This document shows, piece by piece, positions 30,910 through 40,993 of a DNA stretch of 56,513 nucleotides. The stretch is from an uncultured Rhizobiaceae bacterium (GTDB taxonomy: Bacteria; Pseudomonadota; Alphaproteobacteria; UBA828), in assembly GCA_964427515.1 (NCBI GenBank), contig CAYRUX010000096.1:1-56513 (forward strand), in the 5' to 3' direction. Position numbers and translations under genes: made by a program. The notes under the pieces are model-generated. The model worked only from the letters and a program-made list of their open reading frames with translations. It was not told the origin of the DNA and did not search any database. Every line of letters begins with the position of its first letter. The stretch's first letter is position 1.

Positions 30910-31959
30910 TCATGGCACGATATATTGCAAGCCGAGCCACCGCCAACGATTGTCTGGTCCAGGAAGTGTACAATTGATCCTGTTTCTACCCGCATTTAAT
31001 TCTTGTGACATTCTAAGCTCCACACGACTCGCTCCCAAAAGTTCAATCTGAACTGAGCCCTGATTAGAAGCATAACAAGCGACCTTTTCTACATCCTCGA
31101 TCGTCTCATCTATTGTAAAGCCAATATTAGGCGGATTCCTAACCAGTATAGGATCTGCCGGCGTAATATCACGAACCGGAAGTGGCAAGGTATTAATAAT
31201 CAGTTTAAAGCGCACTAAACTTCCATAATGTTCATTAAGCGCAAATCTTGGAAGTGTAAGAAAATCACCTTGCGTGCTCACCGATCCGGAGTTCTGTCCA
31301 AATGCAGCGTCAAAATTCAGATCTTCTAACAAATCACGTAATTCCGTGTTGTACTCACCAAACGGATAAGCAAAAATTTGAGGTTTAAACCCTAATTCCT
31401 GCTCAAAACGATTTTGCGCTTCCTCTATATCGTTATGGGCGTCGGTTATATCCTTTAACCATAAATGTCCATGTGAGCTACTGTGATTTCCTATTGTAAC
31501 TCCACCATCTACTAGAATTCTAATTTGATCCCAGCTCATGGTACGCTTATAACGACCATCCACTGCTTGCGTCGCAACAAAAACTGTAAACGGAAACCCG
31601 GCAGCACTTAATCGGGGCCATGCTTCTTTAAATACCGAAACAGCCGCGTCATCTATAGTAATACCCACTGCGTTATCAGGACGAGATGTGCCAGAACGCA
31701 ACGCCGCAATAATATGAGGTACCGGTAAAACAGTATAGCCACCAGATATAAGATAATCTAAATGCTCGTCAAATTGCTCCAATGACACATTGGTAGACGG
31801 CATATCTGATTCACCAAAACGATGATACTGAAGAATAACTGCCGAGTCGGCAGCTAAGCACAAACTAGGCAACCAAACAACCACACTCCCAATCAGGCAA
31901 TATGAAAGAAGCTTCAATTTAAGTTTTCTAAGTCGGTTAGTGAATTTACTCAACACCAT
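30910..31959 (-). CDS. Polysaccharide deacetylase (NodB-fold) family protein, secreted
   Basis: Signal peptide, ITIDDA..., MSWDQI..., GNHSSSHGHL (NodB motifs). Confidence 0.75.
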   Translation of the reverse strand: MVLSKFTNRLRKLKLKLLSYCLIGSVVVWLPSLCLAADSAVILQYHRFGESDMPSTNVSLEQFDEHLDYLISGGYTVLPVPHIIAALRSGTSRPDNAVGITIDDAAVSVFKEAWPRLSAAGFPFTVFVATQAVDGRYKRTMSWDQIRILVDGGVTIGNHSSSHGHLWLKDITDAHNDIEEAQNRFEQELGFKPQIFAYPFGEYNTELRDLLEDLNFDAAFGQNSGSVSTQGDFLTLPRFALNEHYGSLVRFKLIINTLPLPVRDITPADPILVRNPPNIGFTIDETIEDVEKVACYASNQGSVQIELLGASRVELRMSQELNAGRNRINCTLPGPDNRWRWLGLQYIVP

Positions 31960-32518
31960 TTTCCTTCATTAACCCTGTACCAGCATCACTATCAGACAAC
32001 AACTCATAGTTTTTTGAATTGAATAACTGATAATGCCACCACTCGTTAAGATAGTAATCCCATCCAGCGCTAACCATCAATCCCAATAAAGTATATCGAT
32101 TTTGCCTGACTTCAGGGGTAATGAACTGTGAATTATGAAAAGCCTTTTCACTAAAATTGTCAAAGTCTGTGCCCATGTTAAGAAAATTATTACCATCACG
32201 CTTTAGGAGCGTAAGATCTATAGCAATTCCACGAGAATGTGGAGACCCTTTTCTTGGATGAACAAGAAAATTGGGGTTTGGGCTATGATTCCAAAGTTTC
32301 CATTGTGCTTCTACCGGTCTAAACGCATCAAATATACAGAATTTCAACCCCAAATCGTTAGCATAGCCAATTGCTATCAAAAGTGCGTTTGCCGCATCCT
32401 CATGAAGCCAACAGCCTGAGTTACAATATATTTTTTTTCCTGTAACGTTGTTAGAGGTTGCATAAGCTATAGCCAGTTCAACATCGAATTCGGGAGGTAT
32501 GATTCTAATTAAAGCCAT
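31946..32518 (-). CDS. D-alanyl-D-alanine dipeptidase (VanX/DdpX, peptidase M15D)
   Basis: FDAFRP, SPHSRGIAIDLTL (S-x-H-x2-G-x-A-x-D zinc motif) and EWWHY. Overlaps the deacetylase gene by 14 nt. Confidence 0.75.
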   Translation of the reverse strand: MALIRIIPPEFDVELAIAYATSNNVTGKKIYCNSGCWLHEDAANALLIAIGYANDLGLKFCIFDAFRPVEAQWKLWNHSPNPNFLVHPRKGSPHSRGIAIDLTLLKRDGNNFLNMGTDFDNFSEKAFHNSQFITPEVRQNRYTLLGLMVSAGWDYYLNEWWHYQLFNSKNYELLSDSDAGTGLMKENGVE

Positions 32519-32696
32519 ATTTTCAACATTCTATACATTGTAAATACTATAAAACTATCTTCGGAGTACCCCCAGTGAACACAATTACAAGAACAACGCA
32601 ATTTAGTTTGTCATCTATATCAGAAATCACCACGCAATTTGTCTTAGTGTCGAATTCGCTATTATATTATAATCAAACAAAAATCTGGAAATTACT

Positions 32697-33392
32697 ATGA
32701 ATCTTCTCGCTTTTGATGCAGCTACAACATCTTGCTCGGTAGCATGCTGGTCAGATGGTATCATTACTGAAGAATATATCGACTGCAGCAAAAAACAGCA
32801 GGCAGAAATTTTAATTCCAATGATTCTGAGAACTATGGAAAAAGCTAAATTTAATTTCTCTTCACTTAACGGTATTGCCGTCACGGTCGGCCCCGGATCC
32901 TTTACCGGTGTTCGGATTGGCCTTGCAACTGCCCGGGGTCTAGCATTGGCTTCCGAATTACCCCTAATAGGCGTCACTACACTCCAAACACTTGCAGCAG
33001 CTGTATCAAAACCAAAGTCCGATGAAATAATTGCTGCAACATTAGATGCTCGCCGGAACCAGCTATATATACAAATTTTCTGGAATGCGGAAAAACCTTT
33101 ATCTGATCCATTCGTTATCAGCTTGGATAACCTACCTACATATTTATCTAGTAAATTTCCTGAAAAACCACGTATTACATTGGTTGGTAGTGGCTCAACT
33201 ATAATAGCGGAATTTCTTTATAAACTGGACTGGAGATTTACTATTCCTGATGTACCACATTATCCACAGGCAAACCTTATTACTAAGATTGTTGCAAAAC
33301 GAGGACGTAATTTGCGCGAACAAACGACGGTAAGACCCCTATATCTTCGAAACCCTAGTATTGGACGAGAACACAAAACTGTTAAACCCTGA
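32697..33392 (+). CDS. tsaB: tRNA threonylcarbamoyladenosine (t6A) biosynthesis protein TsaB
   Basis: LAFDAATTSCSVA and VTVGPGSFTGVRIGLATARGLALA. Confidence 0.85.
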   Translation: MNLLAFDAATTSCSVACWSDGIITEEYIDCSKKQQAEILIPMILRTMEKAKFNFSSLNGIAVTVGPGSFTGVRIGLATARGLALASELPLIGVTTLQTLAAAVSKPKSDEIIAATLDARRNQLYIQIFWNAEKPLSDPFVISLDNLPTYLSSKFPEKPRITLVGSGSTIIAEFLYKLDWRFTIPDVPHYPQANLITKIVAKRGRNLREQTTVRPLYLRNPSIGREHKTVKP

Positions 33393-33399
33393 TCTAGAA

Positions 33400-33900
33400 A
33401 TGCGTCATTCTACGTCCTTTACACTTGAACCCATTACGCAAAATATGTGTTCAGTTATTGCTCCCCTCCATGCGCTCTGTTTTGATGATTCTTGGACCGT
33501 TGATGTATTAAAAAACTTAATATCATCGCCCGGTGTATTTGGATATTTAATTCCAATTAATAGTAATGTTCTAGGGTTTATAATTTGTCGCAGTATTAGT
33601 GCTGAAGGGGAGATTCTTTCGCTTGCTGTTGCGCCACACACCCGGCGCAATGGACTGGGATTATGCCTTATTAACGAGGCAAAATCTTATGCCATCAAAA
33701 ATGGTCTAAATGCTCTATTTCTTGAAGTAGCGGAAGATAATTATCCAGCCAAGCAACTTTATTTAAAGGCAGGTTTTTGGAAAGTAGGCCGACGATCAAA
33801 ATATTATCGTAGGAAAAACGGTTTAAATGTAGATGCCAATATCTTCAAGTGTGGTTTGACACAAGATACCAAGTTTTCCTCTGCAAAAGGTAGATTATAG
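33400..33900 (+). CDS. rimI: Ribosomal-protein-alanine N-acetyltransferase (GNAT)
   Basis: GNAT motif A (RRNGLGLCLI) and position directly after tsaB. I prefer the ATG at 33400 over the TTG at 33361, which overlaps tsaB. Confidence 0.8.
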   Translation: MRHSTSFTLEPITQNMCSVIAPLHALCFDDSWTVDVLKNLISSPGVFGYLIPINSNVLGFIICRSISAEGEILSLAVAPHTRRNGLGLCLINEAKSYAIKNGLNALFLEVAEDNYPAKQLYLKAGFWKVGRRSKYYRRKNGLNVDANIFKCGLTQDTKFSSAKGRL

Positions 33901-34017
33901 ACTCGAAAAAGTGTTACAATGTGAAAAGTAAGAGATGCTGGAATTATTTAGCGATTAACCTGGATAGTTTGGCGTATCTATATAATAAATCGGCGAGTGC
34001 AAGGACAATTGGATTCT

Positions 34018-34470
34018 ATGGCATCTAAGCTAAAACCTAGCGGGCAAGACTTGGAACTAAGATGTATTGAACTTGGCCTAAAAATGACTGAGCAAAGGCG
34101 TATAATTGCTAGAGTTCTATCAAATGCTAGCGACCATCCTAATGTAGAAAACGTACATAGTCGCGCTAATGCAATTGATAATAATATTAGTTTGGCAACT
34201 GTATATCGAACAGTTCGATTGTTGGAAGAAGCTGGCATAATAGAAAAACATGATTTTGGTGGTGGACGTTCGCGTTACGAGAAAGCTGATAGCGAACATC
34301 ACGATCACTTAATTGATGTGGAAAGTGGTAAAGTAATAGAATTCCAGAATAACGAGATTGAGAAACTTCAAGCAAAAATCGCTAAAGAGAACGGTTACGA
34401 GTTAGTTGACCATCGTTTGGAACTATATGTAGTTCCAATTAGCTCAAAAAAACGAAAAAAGAATAGATAA
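34018..34470 (+). CDS. fur: Fur-family metalloregulator
   Basis: Winged-helix LATVYRTVRLLEEAGII and metal-site HHDHLID. I prefer the ATG at 34018. The subtype (Fur/Mur/Irr/Zur) cannot be decided from sequence alone. Confidence 0.75.
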   Translation: MASKLKPSGQDLELRCIELGLKMTEQRRIIARVLSNASDHPNVENVHSRANAIDNNISLATVYRTVRLLEEAGIIEKHDFGGGRSRYEKADSEHHDHLIDVESGKVIEFQNNEIEKLQAKIAKENGYELVDHRLELYVVPISSKKRKKNR

Positions 34471-34474
34471 CTTC

Positions 34475-35257
34475 GTGCCAACTGGTAACTTCATGTCGGG
34501 TATAACTGCTGGTAGCCTTGAAGTTCGTTTAGCTCAAAGTGACGATGAAATTCGTGCTGCACAATCTCTTCGCTATAGAGTTTTTTATGAAGAAATGGCG
34601 GCTCGCCCTAGTGGTGAAATGGCAGAAGCAAAACTCGATTTTGACCGATTTGACGAGTATTGCGACCATTTAATGGTGGTGGATCATGGCCGACCAACAA
34701 CGGAACCACAGGTAGTAGGCACCTACAGGTTATTAAGACGTTCTATTGCCGAAAATCATTGTGGGTTTTATTCTTCCTGGGAATATAATATAGAAAGTGT
34801 TTTAGACCATCCCGGAGAACTTCTTGAGTTAGGTCGATCCTGCGTAGAAGCTCCATACCGCAACAGGGCTACTATGACTCTATTGTGGCGAGGTATCGCT
34901 GCGTATGTTTTACATTATGAAGTTCCACTAATGTTTGGGTGTGCAAGTTTTGAAGGTACGGATCCATCCGAATATGCTATGATTCTCTCGTATTTGCATC
35001 ATTTTCATCTAGCACCAAAAGAAATGCGTCCGGTAGCTCAACCAGAGCACTTTATAAAAATGAATTATCTAACGAAAGACAAACTAGACCAAAAAGTAGC
35101 CATTCGTGCTATTCCACCTTTAATTAAGGGTTATTTAAGACTAAATGGTTTTGTTGGAGATGGCGCTGTTATTGATCGACAGTGGAACAGCGTAGATGTA
35201 AGCATTGTCGTAAAGACCGACTTAGTTACACAAAAGTACCGAAACAAATTGACATGA
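34475..35257 (+). CDS. olsB: GNAT-fold N-acyltransferase, OlsB-like (ornithine lipid synthesis, first step)
   Basis: LEVRLAQSDDEIRAAQSLRYRVFYEEM is typical of the OlsB/hemolysin-like acyltransferase family. It is followed by an overlapping LPLAT gene. Start is GTG 34475 or ATG 34493. Confidence 0.65.
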   Translation: MPTGNFMSGITAGSLEVRLAQSDDEIRAAQSLRYRVFYEEMAARPSGEMAEAKLDFDRFDEYCDHLMVVDHGRPTTEPQVVGTYRLLRRSIAENHCGFYSSWEYNIESVLDHPGELLELGRSCVEAPYRNRATMTLLWRGIAAYVLHYEVPLMFGCASFEGTDPSEYAMILSYLHHFHLAPKEMRPVAQPEHFIKMNYLTKDKLDQKVAIRAIPPLIKGYLRLNGFVGDGAVIDRQWNSVDVSIVVKTDLVTQKYRNKLT

Positions 35258-36093
35258 TGGCTTTGTTTACAGCGATTAGATTTGTCGCGTGGACAGCTGC
35301 GCTTCTTCCACTTCAAGTTGTGCTAACAAGCTTAAAGTTACCTCTCGCAGAACGCATCCCCATGATTTGGCATCGTGGCGTATGCCAAATATTAGCTTTT
35401 CGCATCGAACAGTATGGTAAGTTATCTGAACATAAACCGACACTCTTCGTGTGCAATCATACATCCTATTTGGATATTTGTTTGTTGGGCTCTGTGATCC
35501 AGGGTTCATTTATTGCTAAAGCAGAAGTACGAAGCTGGCCGGTTTTTGGGTTGTTGGCGAAACTTCAAAGAAGTGTATTTATTGAAAGAAGAATAAGCCG
35601 TACTGCAAAACATCGCGATGAAATTCATAAACGCCTCCTAGATGGGGACAACCTTATCCTTTTCCCTGAAGGAACTAGTAATGATGGGAATAGAGTTTTA
35701 CCTTTTAAAAGCGCGTTTTTTGGTGTTGCAGAAAAGCAAATTAACGATGCAGCTATCATGGTACAACCTATCTCAATTGCATATGTTAAACTAGATGGCA
35801 TACCAGTTGGCCGGAATTATCGACCAAATTTTGCTTGGTACGGAGACATGGAACTGGCTGGCCATCTATGGAATGTTTTTGGACTGGGCCACACAACTAT
35901 AGCAATAGAGTTTCATAAACCTGTTACAATTGAACAATTTTCCTCAAGAAAAGACATGGCTATGCATTGCGAAGCAGAAATAGCGGATGGTGTGTCACGA
36001 GCGATCCACGGTCGATTGCACCCTTCAAATAAGCAAAAATGGTGGATATCCAAAAATTCCCACAAAAAAAGCTATGTATCTGACACGGCTTGA
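35254..36093 (+). CDS. olsA: Lysophospholipid acyltransferase (PlsC family), OlsA-like
   Basis: NHTSYLD (H-x4-D) and FPEGTS motifs. The ATG at 35254 overlaps the olsB stop (ATGA). Confidence 0.7.
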   Translation: MMALFTAIRFVAWTAALLPLQVVLTSLKLPLAERIPMIWHRGVCQILAFRIEQYGKLSEHKPTLFVCNHTSYLDICLLGSVIQGSFIAKAEVRSWPVFGLLAKLQRSVFIERRISRTAKHRDEIHKRLLDGDNLILFPEGTSNDGNRVLPFKSAFFGVAEKQINDAAIMVQPISIAYVKLDGIPVGRNYRPNFAWYGDMELAGHLWNVFGLGHTTIAIEFHKPVTIEQFSSRKDMAMHCEAEIADGVSRAIHGRLHPSNKQKWWISKNSHKKSYVSDTA

Positions 36094-36189
36094 CACCAAA
36101 TAGACCGGTGGTAAGTTTACGTCAGAACACACTTGAATGTTGACAACAAAGTGCCTGTCAGTGTTATGACGCACGACGAATAGTCGGGC

Positions 36190-37608
36190 ATGAAGCATTG
36201 GCAGAGGAAAGTCGTGGCAAAAAAACTCTACTTGAAAACATACGGTTGCCAAATGAATGTCTATGATTCCGCTCGCATGTCGGATGTCCTAGCAACATGT
36301 GGCTATATAAATACTACAAATCCCAAAGAAGCTGATCTTATTGTCCTAAATACTTGCCACATTAGAGAAAAAGCTTCTGAAAAAATGTATTCGGAATTAG
36401 GTAGATTAAACAAGATAAAAATTGCTAGACGGGAAAATGGCAAACAAATGCTTCTAGCAATAGGTGGGTGCGTTGGTCAGGCAGAAGGAAAAGAAATACT
36501 CCGCCGAGCACCGTATGTAGATCTAGTTATGGGACCACAAAATTATCACCGGCTTCCTAGTTTAATACATGAGGCACAATCTCATTCATTAGTTGACATT
36601 GAATTTCCTAAAAAGAGTAAATTCGATTATTTACCTGAAGAAACGATAAAAACTAATGGGGAAAATAACATTAGTGTGTTTCTAACTATACAAGAGGGTT
36701 GTGATCGATTTTGTACTTTCTGCGTTGTACCTTACACTCGAGGCAGTGAATATTCTCGGCCAGTAGTAGATATTGATTCGGAAGCTCGGCGGCTTGTTGA
36801 TAAAGGGGCTAGAGAAATCACGTTACTGGGACAAAACGTCAACTCTTACCATGGCCAATCAAACGTTAATGGAGGGAAAGAATTTACCCTAGCCGATTTG
36901 ATATATCAATTAGCCGATATCGAGGGTCTTGATAGAATTCGTTATACAACGTCCCATCCTCGAGATTTAACCGCTGATTTGATAGGTGCGCACCGTAATA
37001 TATCAATTTTAATGCCCTTTCTGCATCTTCCCGTACAAACTGGATCTGACCGGATTTTAAAGGCAATGAACAGACGTCACACAGTAGGGTATTATCAACG
37101 ACAAATTCAATCCTTACGAAAAGCAAGACCAGATATTGCTATTTCTAGCGATTTTATTGTCGGTTATCCAGGTGAAACTGACACCGATTTTGAACAGACA
37201 CTGAAGTTAGTGAAGAATATAGGTTTTGCCCAATCATTTTCATTTAAGTACAGTCGACGGCCAGGAACACCGGCAGCAGAAGCTAAAGAGTCCGTACCTG
37301 AAGCAGTAAAGGACATACGACTCAAGGTATTACAGAAAGCACTTAATAAATACCAAACTAAATATAATTCCTCAACCGTTGGCCTAACTCTGCCAGTGAT
37401 GTTTGAGCGCTCCTCCAGACGCAATATAAATCAATTGGTTGGAAAAACACCATATGCCCAATGGATAAATGCTAATCTGCCAAACACCTATCTCGGTCAA
37501 ACCGTAGATATCACGGTAACCAAAGCAAATAATAGTCGCTTAGAAGGGGAATCTACAGAGTATAGAAATCTCACTCGGTCAAATATCATGTCAACTACTA
37601 GTAGGTGA
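36190..37608 (+). CDS. miaB: tRNA-2-methylthio-N6-dimethylallyladenosine synthase
   Basis: YLKTYGCQMN (UPF0004 cluster), radical-SAM CDRFCTFC and a C-terminal TRAM region. Confidence 0.95.
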   Translation: MKHWQRKVVAKKLYLKTYGCQMNVYDSARMSDVLATCGYINTTNPKEADLIVLNTCHIREKASEKMYSELGRLNKIKIARRENGKQMLLAIGGCVGQAEGKEILRRAPYVDLVMGPQNYHRLPSLIHEAQSHSLVDIEFPKKSKFDYLPEETIKTNGENNISVFLTIQEGCDRFCTFCVVPYTRGSEYSRPVVDIDSEARRLVDKGAREITLLGQNVNSYHGQSNVNGGKEFTLADLIYQLADIEGLDRIRYTTSHPRDLTADLIGAHRNISILMPFLHLPVQTGSDRILKAMNRRHTVGYYQRQIQSLRKARPDIAISSDFIVGYPGETDTDFEQTLKLVKNIGFAQSFSFKYSRRPGTPAAEAKESVPEAVKDIRLKVLQKALNKYQTKYNSSTVGLTLPVMFERSSRRNINQLVGKTPYAQWINANLPNTYLGQTVDITVTKANNSRLEGESTEYRNLTRSNIMSTTSR

Positions 37609-38636
37609 TCTGGTTGAAGCAGCTTCCAATTAGGGATGAAAATTACGTTAAAGTGAGGACGCAGCTAAACTTTGACAACAATAGCATTTTACCGCTGCTA
37701 TTCGGAGAACACGATAGGTTTTTGGCTCAGATTGAGCATGCTTTAAACGTAACAATAAGCTCTAGAGGCACCAAACTGGAAATTATTGGATCCTTGGAGC
37801 AGGTCAACCTAGCAAAATTAATCCTAAAAGAGTTGTACAAGAAACTTCATAAAAACAAAAATATTAATTCTAGTGATGTGGATGCCGTGATTCGAATGAC
37901 GCCAAAACTGACGGAGGAAGAAGGATCGGAAAACGATTTTCAAGTATCTCCAATTCAAACGAGAAAGCGCCCGGTTTCTCCACGTGCTCCTAGACAAGCA
38001 AAGTATATTGAAGCGATGCAAAAACATGAGCTCGTATTTGGGCTGGGCCCGGCAGGAACTGGAAAAACCTATATTGCAGTTGCCTTTGCTGTTTCCATGT
38101 ACCTGTCAGGCCAAGTAGAAAGAATTATTCTTTCTCGACCAGCAGTTGAGGCCGGGGAACGTCTTGGCTTTCTTCCAGGTGATATAAAAGAAAAAGTGGA
38201 TCCTTATCTTAGACCACTTTACGATGCTCTAAATGACATGATACCTACAGATACAGTTTTAAAACGGTTGGCAACTGGAGAAATTGAAATTGCTCCACTA
38301 GCATTTATGAGAGGTCGAACACTTGCGAACGCCATCGTAATTCTAGACGAAGCACAGAACACGACCCCCGTCCAAATGAAAATGTTCTTAACACGACTTG
38401 GGGAACATTCTCGTATGGTAATAACCGGCGATCTTTCACAAATTGATTTACCTCCCGGTTCAGTGTCTGGTTTGGGAGAGGCCGTAAAAACACTGGAAGG
38501 CATGAAAGGAGCGTCATTCGTAAGATTTTCTAACAATGACGTCGTTAGAAATCCCCTAGTTACTCGTATCGTACAAGCCTACGAGAACAGGGAAAAGAGA
38601 GCTCACGTTTCGAATGCTCCCGAGAAGCGTCAATGA
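37605..38636 (+). CDS. ybeZ: PhoH-like ATPase (YbeZ)
   Basis: Walker A GPAGTGKTY and ILDEAQN. The GTG start overlaps the miaB stop (GTGA). Confidence 0.9.
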   Translation: MIWLKQLPIRDENYVKVRTQLNFDNNSILPLLFGEHDRFLAQIEHALNVTISSRGTKLEIIGSLEQVNLAKLILKELYKKLHKNKNINSSDVDAVIRMTPKLTEEEGSENDFQVSPIQTRKRPVSPRAPRQAKYIEAMQKHELVFGLGPAGTGKTYIAVAFAVSMYLSGQVERIILSRPAVEAGERLGFLPGDIKEKVDPYLRPLYDALNDMIPTDTVLKRLATGEIEIAPLAFMRGRTLANAIVILDEAQNTTPVQMKMFLTRLGEHSRMVITGDLSQIDLPPGSVSGLGEAVKTLEGMKGASFVRFSNNDVVRNPLVTRIVQAYENREKRAHVSNAPEKRQ

Positions 38637-40993
38637 CTAAAGATACTAGCTCACTTTTTGACCGGAGTCTTCAGGCGGAGCGCAAGCTATTGTCCTCCTC
38701 AGCGATTCGAGCCCTTGCAGAGGAACGTTGGAATATTTCTCGACCTTTATTAGACTGGCCATTATTAATTCTGTTTGTAGTTGCAATGACAGCACTCTTT
38801 GCTCCACTAGGCTCATCCAGCCTGCCAATTCCACATCTAAATAGCATTGCATCAGAAACTATTAGGGCAGACAGAAATCTAGAAGTATCTGACCCAGAAG
38901 AAACAGCATTACGTGAAAAACAGGCCATAGATTCTGTCCGACCGCAGTTTGTTTATGATCCTGAATTGCTTTTCGAAATTAGAAATCGCTCTGTCACAGC
39001 AATTGAAAACGTGGCTCTCCGTAAAAGCCAAGATAAACTTAACGTGCCACAACGTATAGTCGCATTTGAAGCAGAATTAGGGCTTCCTGTTAACGCCGGT
39101 GTTTTTCAATTATTGGAGGGACTGGACGAAATCGAAGATGCTGGCGAAGCTTTAGGTTATTTTTTATCTCTCCCAGCTGAAAGAATGGTGATGCACGACC
39201 TGGCTCTACTGCCAGAACGGGGTGCTATTGAACTTCGTAGTGTTAAAAGCCAGGACAGCACAACGTTATTTCATTTTGATACTATAACGGACGTATCCGG
39301 TGCTTGGCGAATAATGAGAGCAAAGGCTCGAGAAGCACCTTATGGCTCGGCTCGAAGCTTACGAACCTGGATTTTAGAAACTGCCCTTTCACTTATGGAG
39401 CACAACGTTATCTATAGTACTGAGGCCACTCGAATCGCCACAAACATAGCATTAACATCTATAGAACCCGCAACAATGCATATAAGTCGGGGTGAAGTTA
39501 TTATAAGGGAAGGCGACAGAGTAACACAAAGAACTCTATCTCGTATAATCGCACTGAACGATGCCAGAGAGGGTGGGCTTGGTTGGGTTGATAGTTTAGC
39601 TTTCGCCGTATTTTTGACTGGCTTGGTTGGATTGGGCGCCTTCTTTTTCCGAAGCGGAAAACAGCCCATACATTTTTCTAGAAAAAGTGGATATATTATA
39701 ATCGCCACTATAATCACTACTGGTCTTATTTGTCTTGGTGCTCTTTATGCGGGTCATGGTATTTCTGAGGGTATTGGCATAAACCCAGATGCAGCTGCAT
39801 TTCTGAGTCCTGTTGCATTATCAGCTGTCATAATAACTATCTTCGTAAATGCTAGAGTAAGTTTGATGGTAGGCGTAGTACTATCACTCCTCGTTACCTA
39901 CCATGCAGATGGCGACATTTGGTTAGCAGCATATTATCTTATTGGTGTTTTAGTAGCTGGAATAGCAGCAAGACGCTGCAGGCATCGCCAAGATTTACTT
40001 AAAGTGGGTGCAGCGTTAGCCGTCGTCCAAGCAATAGCAGTACCCCTTGTGTTGGTTCTGGCGAGTAGTACAGTGTTTTCCGATATTCCGATTATAGTTG
40101 CTTTTGGTTTGGTATCAGGTGGTATTGTTGCCGCCCTAGCCATGGGATTGTTGCCATTATTTGAGTTTGCTTTTGATGAAACTACAGATGTTCGTCTCAT
40201 GGAGCTTGCATCTGGAGACCATCCATTACTTAAATCATTGGCGCTTCAGTCACCAGGAACCTATCATCACTCATTTATGGTTGCCAATCTATCTGAAGCA
40301 GCAGCTGAATCAATTGGAGCCAACGCGCTTCAGTGCCGTGTTATGGCTCTGTACCATGATGTCGGAAAATCAGTTCGACCAGTATACTTTGCTGAAAATC
40401 AACGCAAAGGAAATATTCATGATGGTCTTCCGCCGGAATTGTCTGCACGAATAATTTTTGCCCATATAACAGAAGGTATTAAAATTGCTCGTGCGCATCG
40501 AATGGGACGTCCGGTAATTGAAGCAATTACACAGCATCAAGGAACTACTCTTTTGCGAATATTTTATCAGCGTGCTTTAGAAAATGCGCATGATACTGGC
40601 ACGAAAGTAAACGAACTCGATTACCGATATCCTGGGCCGAAACCAAACACTCGAGAGTCTGGCATCATCATGCTCGGTGATTCAGTAGAGGCAGCCACAC
40701 GAGCACTAAATAATCCAAGTCCCTTTGAGTTAAAAGAACGAGTTGGGAAAGTCATAGCTCAAAAAATGACAGACGGCCAGTTATCAGATTGTCCATTAAC
40801 CATAGATGATCTTACACGAATTGAAGAAGCTTTTACCCGTGTTTTGACTATGGGAGTCTATCATAGTCGGATCGAGTATCCTGCAAACAACTTAAAAGAT
40901 AACTTTACTAATCATCCAGGAAATGATTCTAAAGATTCAAATGGTGATAGAAATATCCATAAAGCACGAAGCTTGGCGGACAACGCTTCCTAA
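38633..40993 (+). CDS. 7TM-receptor/HD-domain (7TMR-HDED, PgpH/YqfF-like) membrane phosphohydrolase
   Basis: 786 aa. Large N-terminal extracytoplasmic region, about 7 TM helices (residues 330-520), then HHSFMVANL...LYHDVGK HD motifs. ATGA overlap with phoH. Confidence 0.8.
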   Translation: MTKDTSSLFDRSLQAERKLLSSSAIRALAEERWNISRPLLDWPLLILFVVAMTALFAPLGSSSLPIPHLNSIASETIRADRNLEVSDPEETALREKQAIDSVRPQFVYDPELLFEIRNRSVTAIENVALRKSQDKLNVPQRIVAFEAELGLPVNAGVFQLLEGLDEIEDAGEALGYFLSLPAERMVMHDLALLPERGAIELRSVKSQDSTTLFHFDTITDVSGAWRIMRAKAREAPYGSARSLRTWILETALSLMEHNVIYSTEATRIATNIALTSIEPATMHISRGEVIIREGDRVTQRTLSRIIALNDAREGGLGWVDSLAFAVFLTGLVGLGAFFFRSGKQPIHFSRKSGYIIIATIITTGLICLGALYAGHGISEGIGINPDAAAFLSPVALSAVIITIFVNARVSLMVGVVLSLLVTYHADGDIWLAAYYLIGVLVAGIAARRCRHRQDLLKVGAALAVVQAIAVPLVLVLASSTVFSDIPIIVAFGLVSGGIVAALAMGLLPLFEFAFDETTDVRLMELASGDHPLLKSLALQSPGTYHHSFMVANLSEAAAESIGANALQCRVMALYHDVGKSVRPVYFAENQRKGNIHDGLPPELSARIIFAHITEGIKIARAHRMGRPVIEAITQHQGTTLLRIFYQRALENAHDTGTKVNELDYRYPGPKPNTRESGIIMLGDSVEAATRALNNPSPFELKERVGKVIAQKMTDGQLSDCPLTIDDLTRIEEAFTRVLTMGVYHSRIEYPANNLKDNFTNHPGNDSKDSNGDRNIHKARSLADNAS

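Noticed and set aside
30806-31051. Plus-strand 81-aa ORF after the Bax-like gene
   Set aside because: It overlaps the 3' end of the well-supported minus-strand deacetylase gene, has no recognisable motif and starts at a non-ATG (ttg) codon.
32627-32977. Minus-strand 116-aa ORF overlapping the tsaB start
   Set aside because: It is antisense to the conserved N-terminus of TsaB and has no motif. The same reasoning rejects other antisense ORFs in the track, such as 5870..6241, 24071..24403, 47557..47922, 50208..50621 and 54405..54731.
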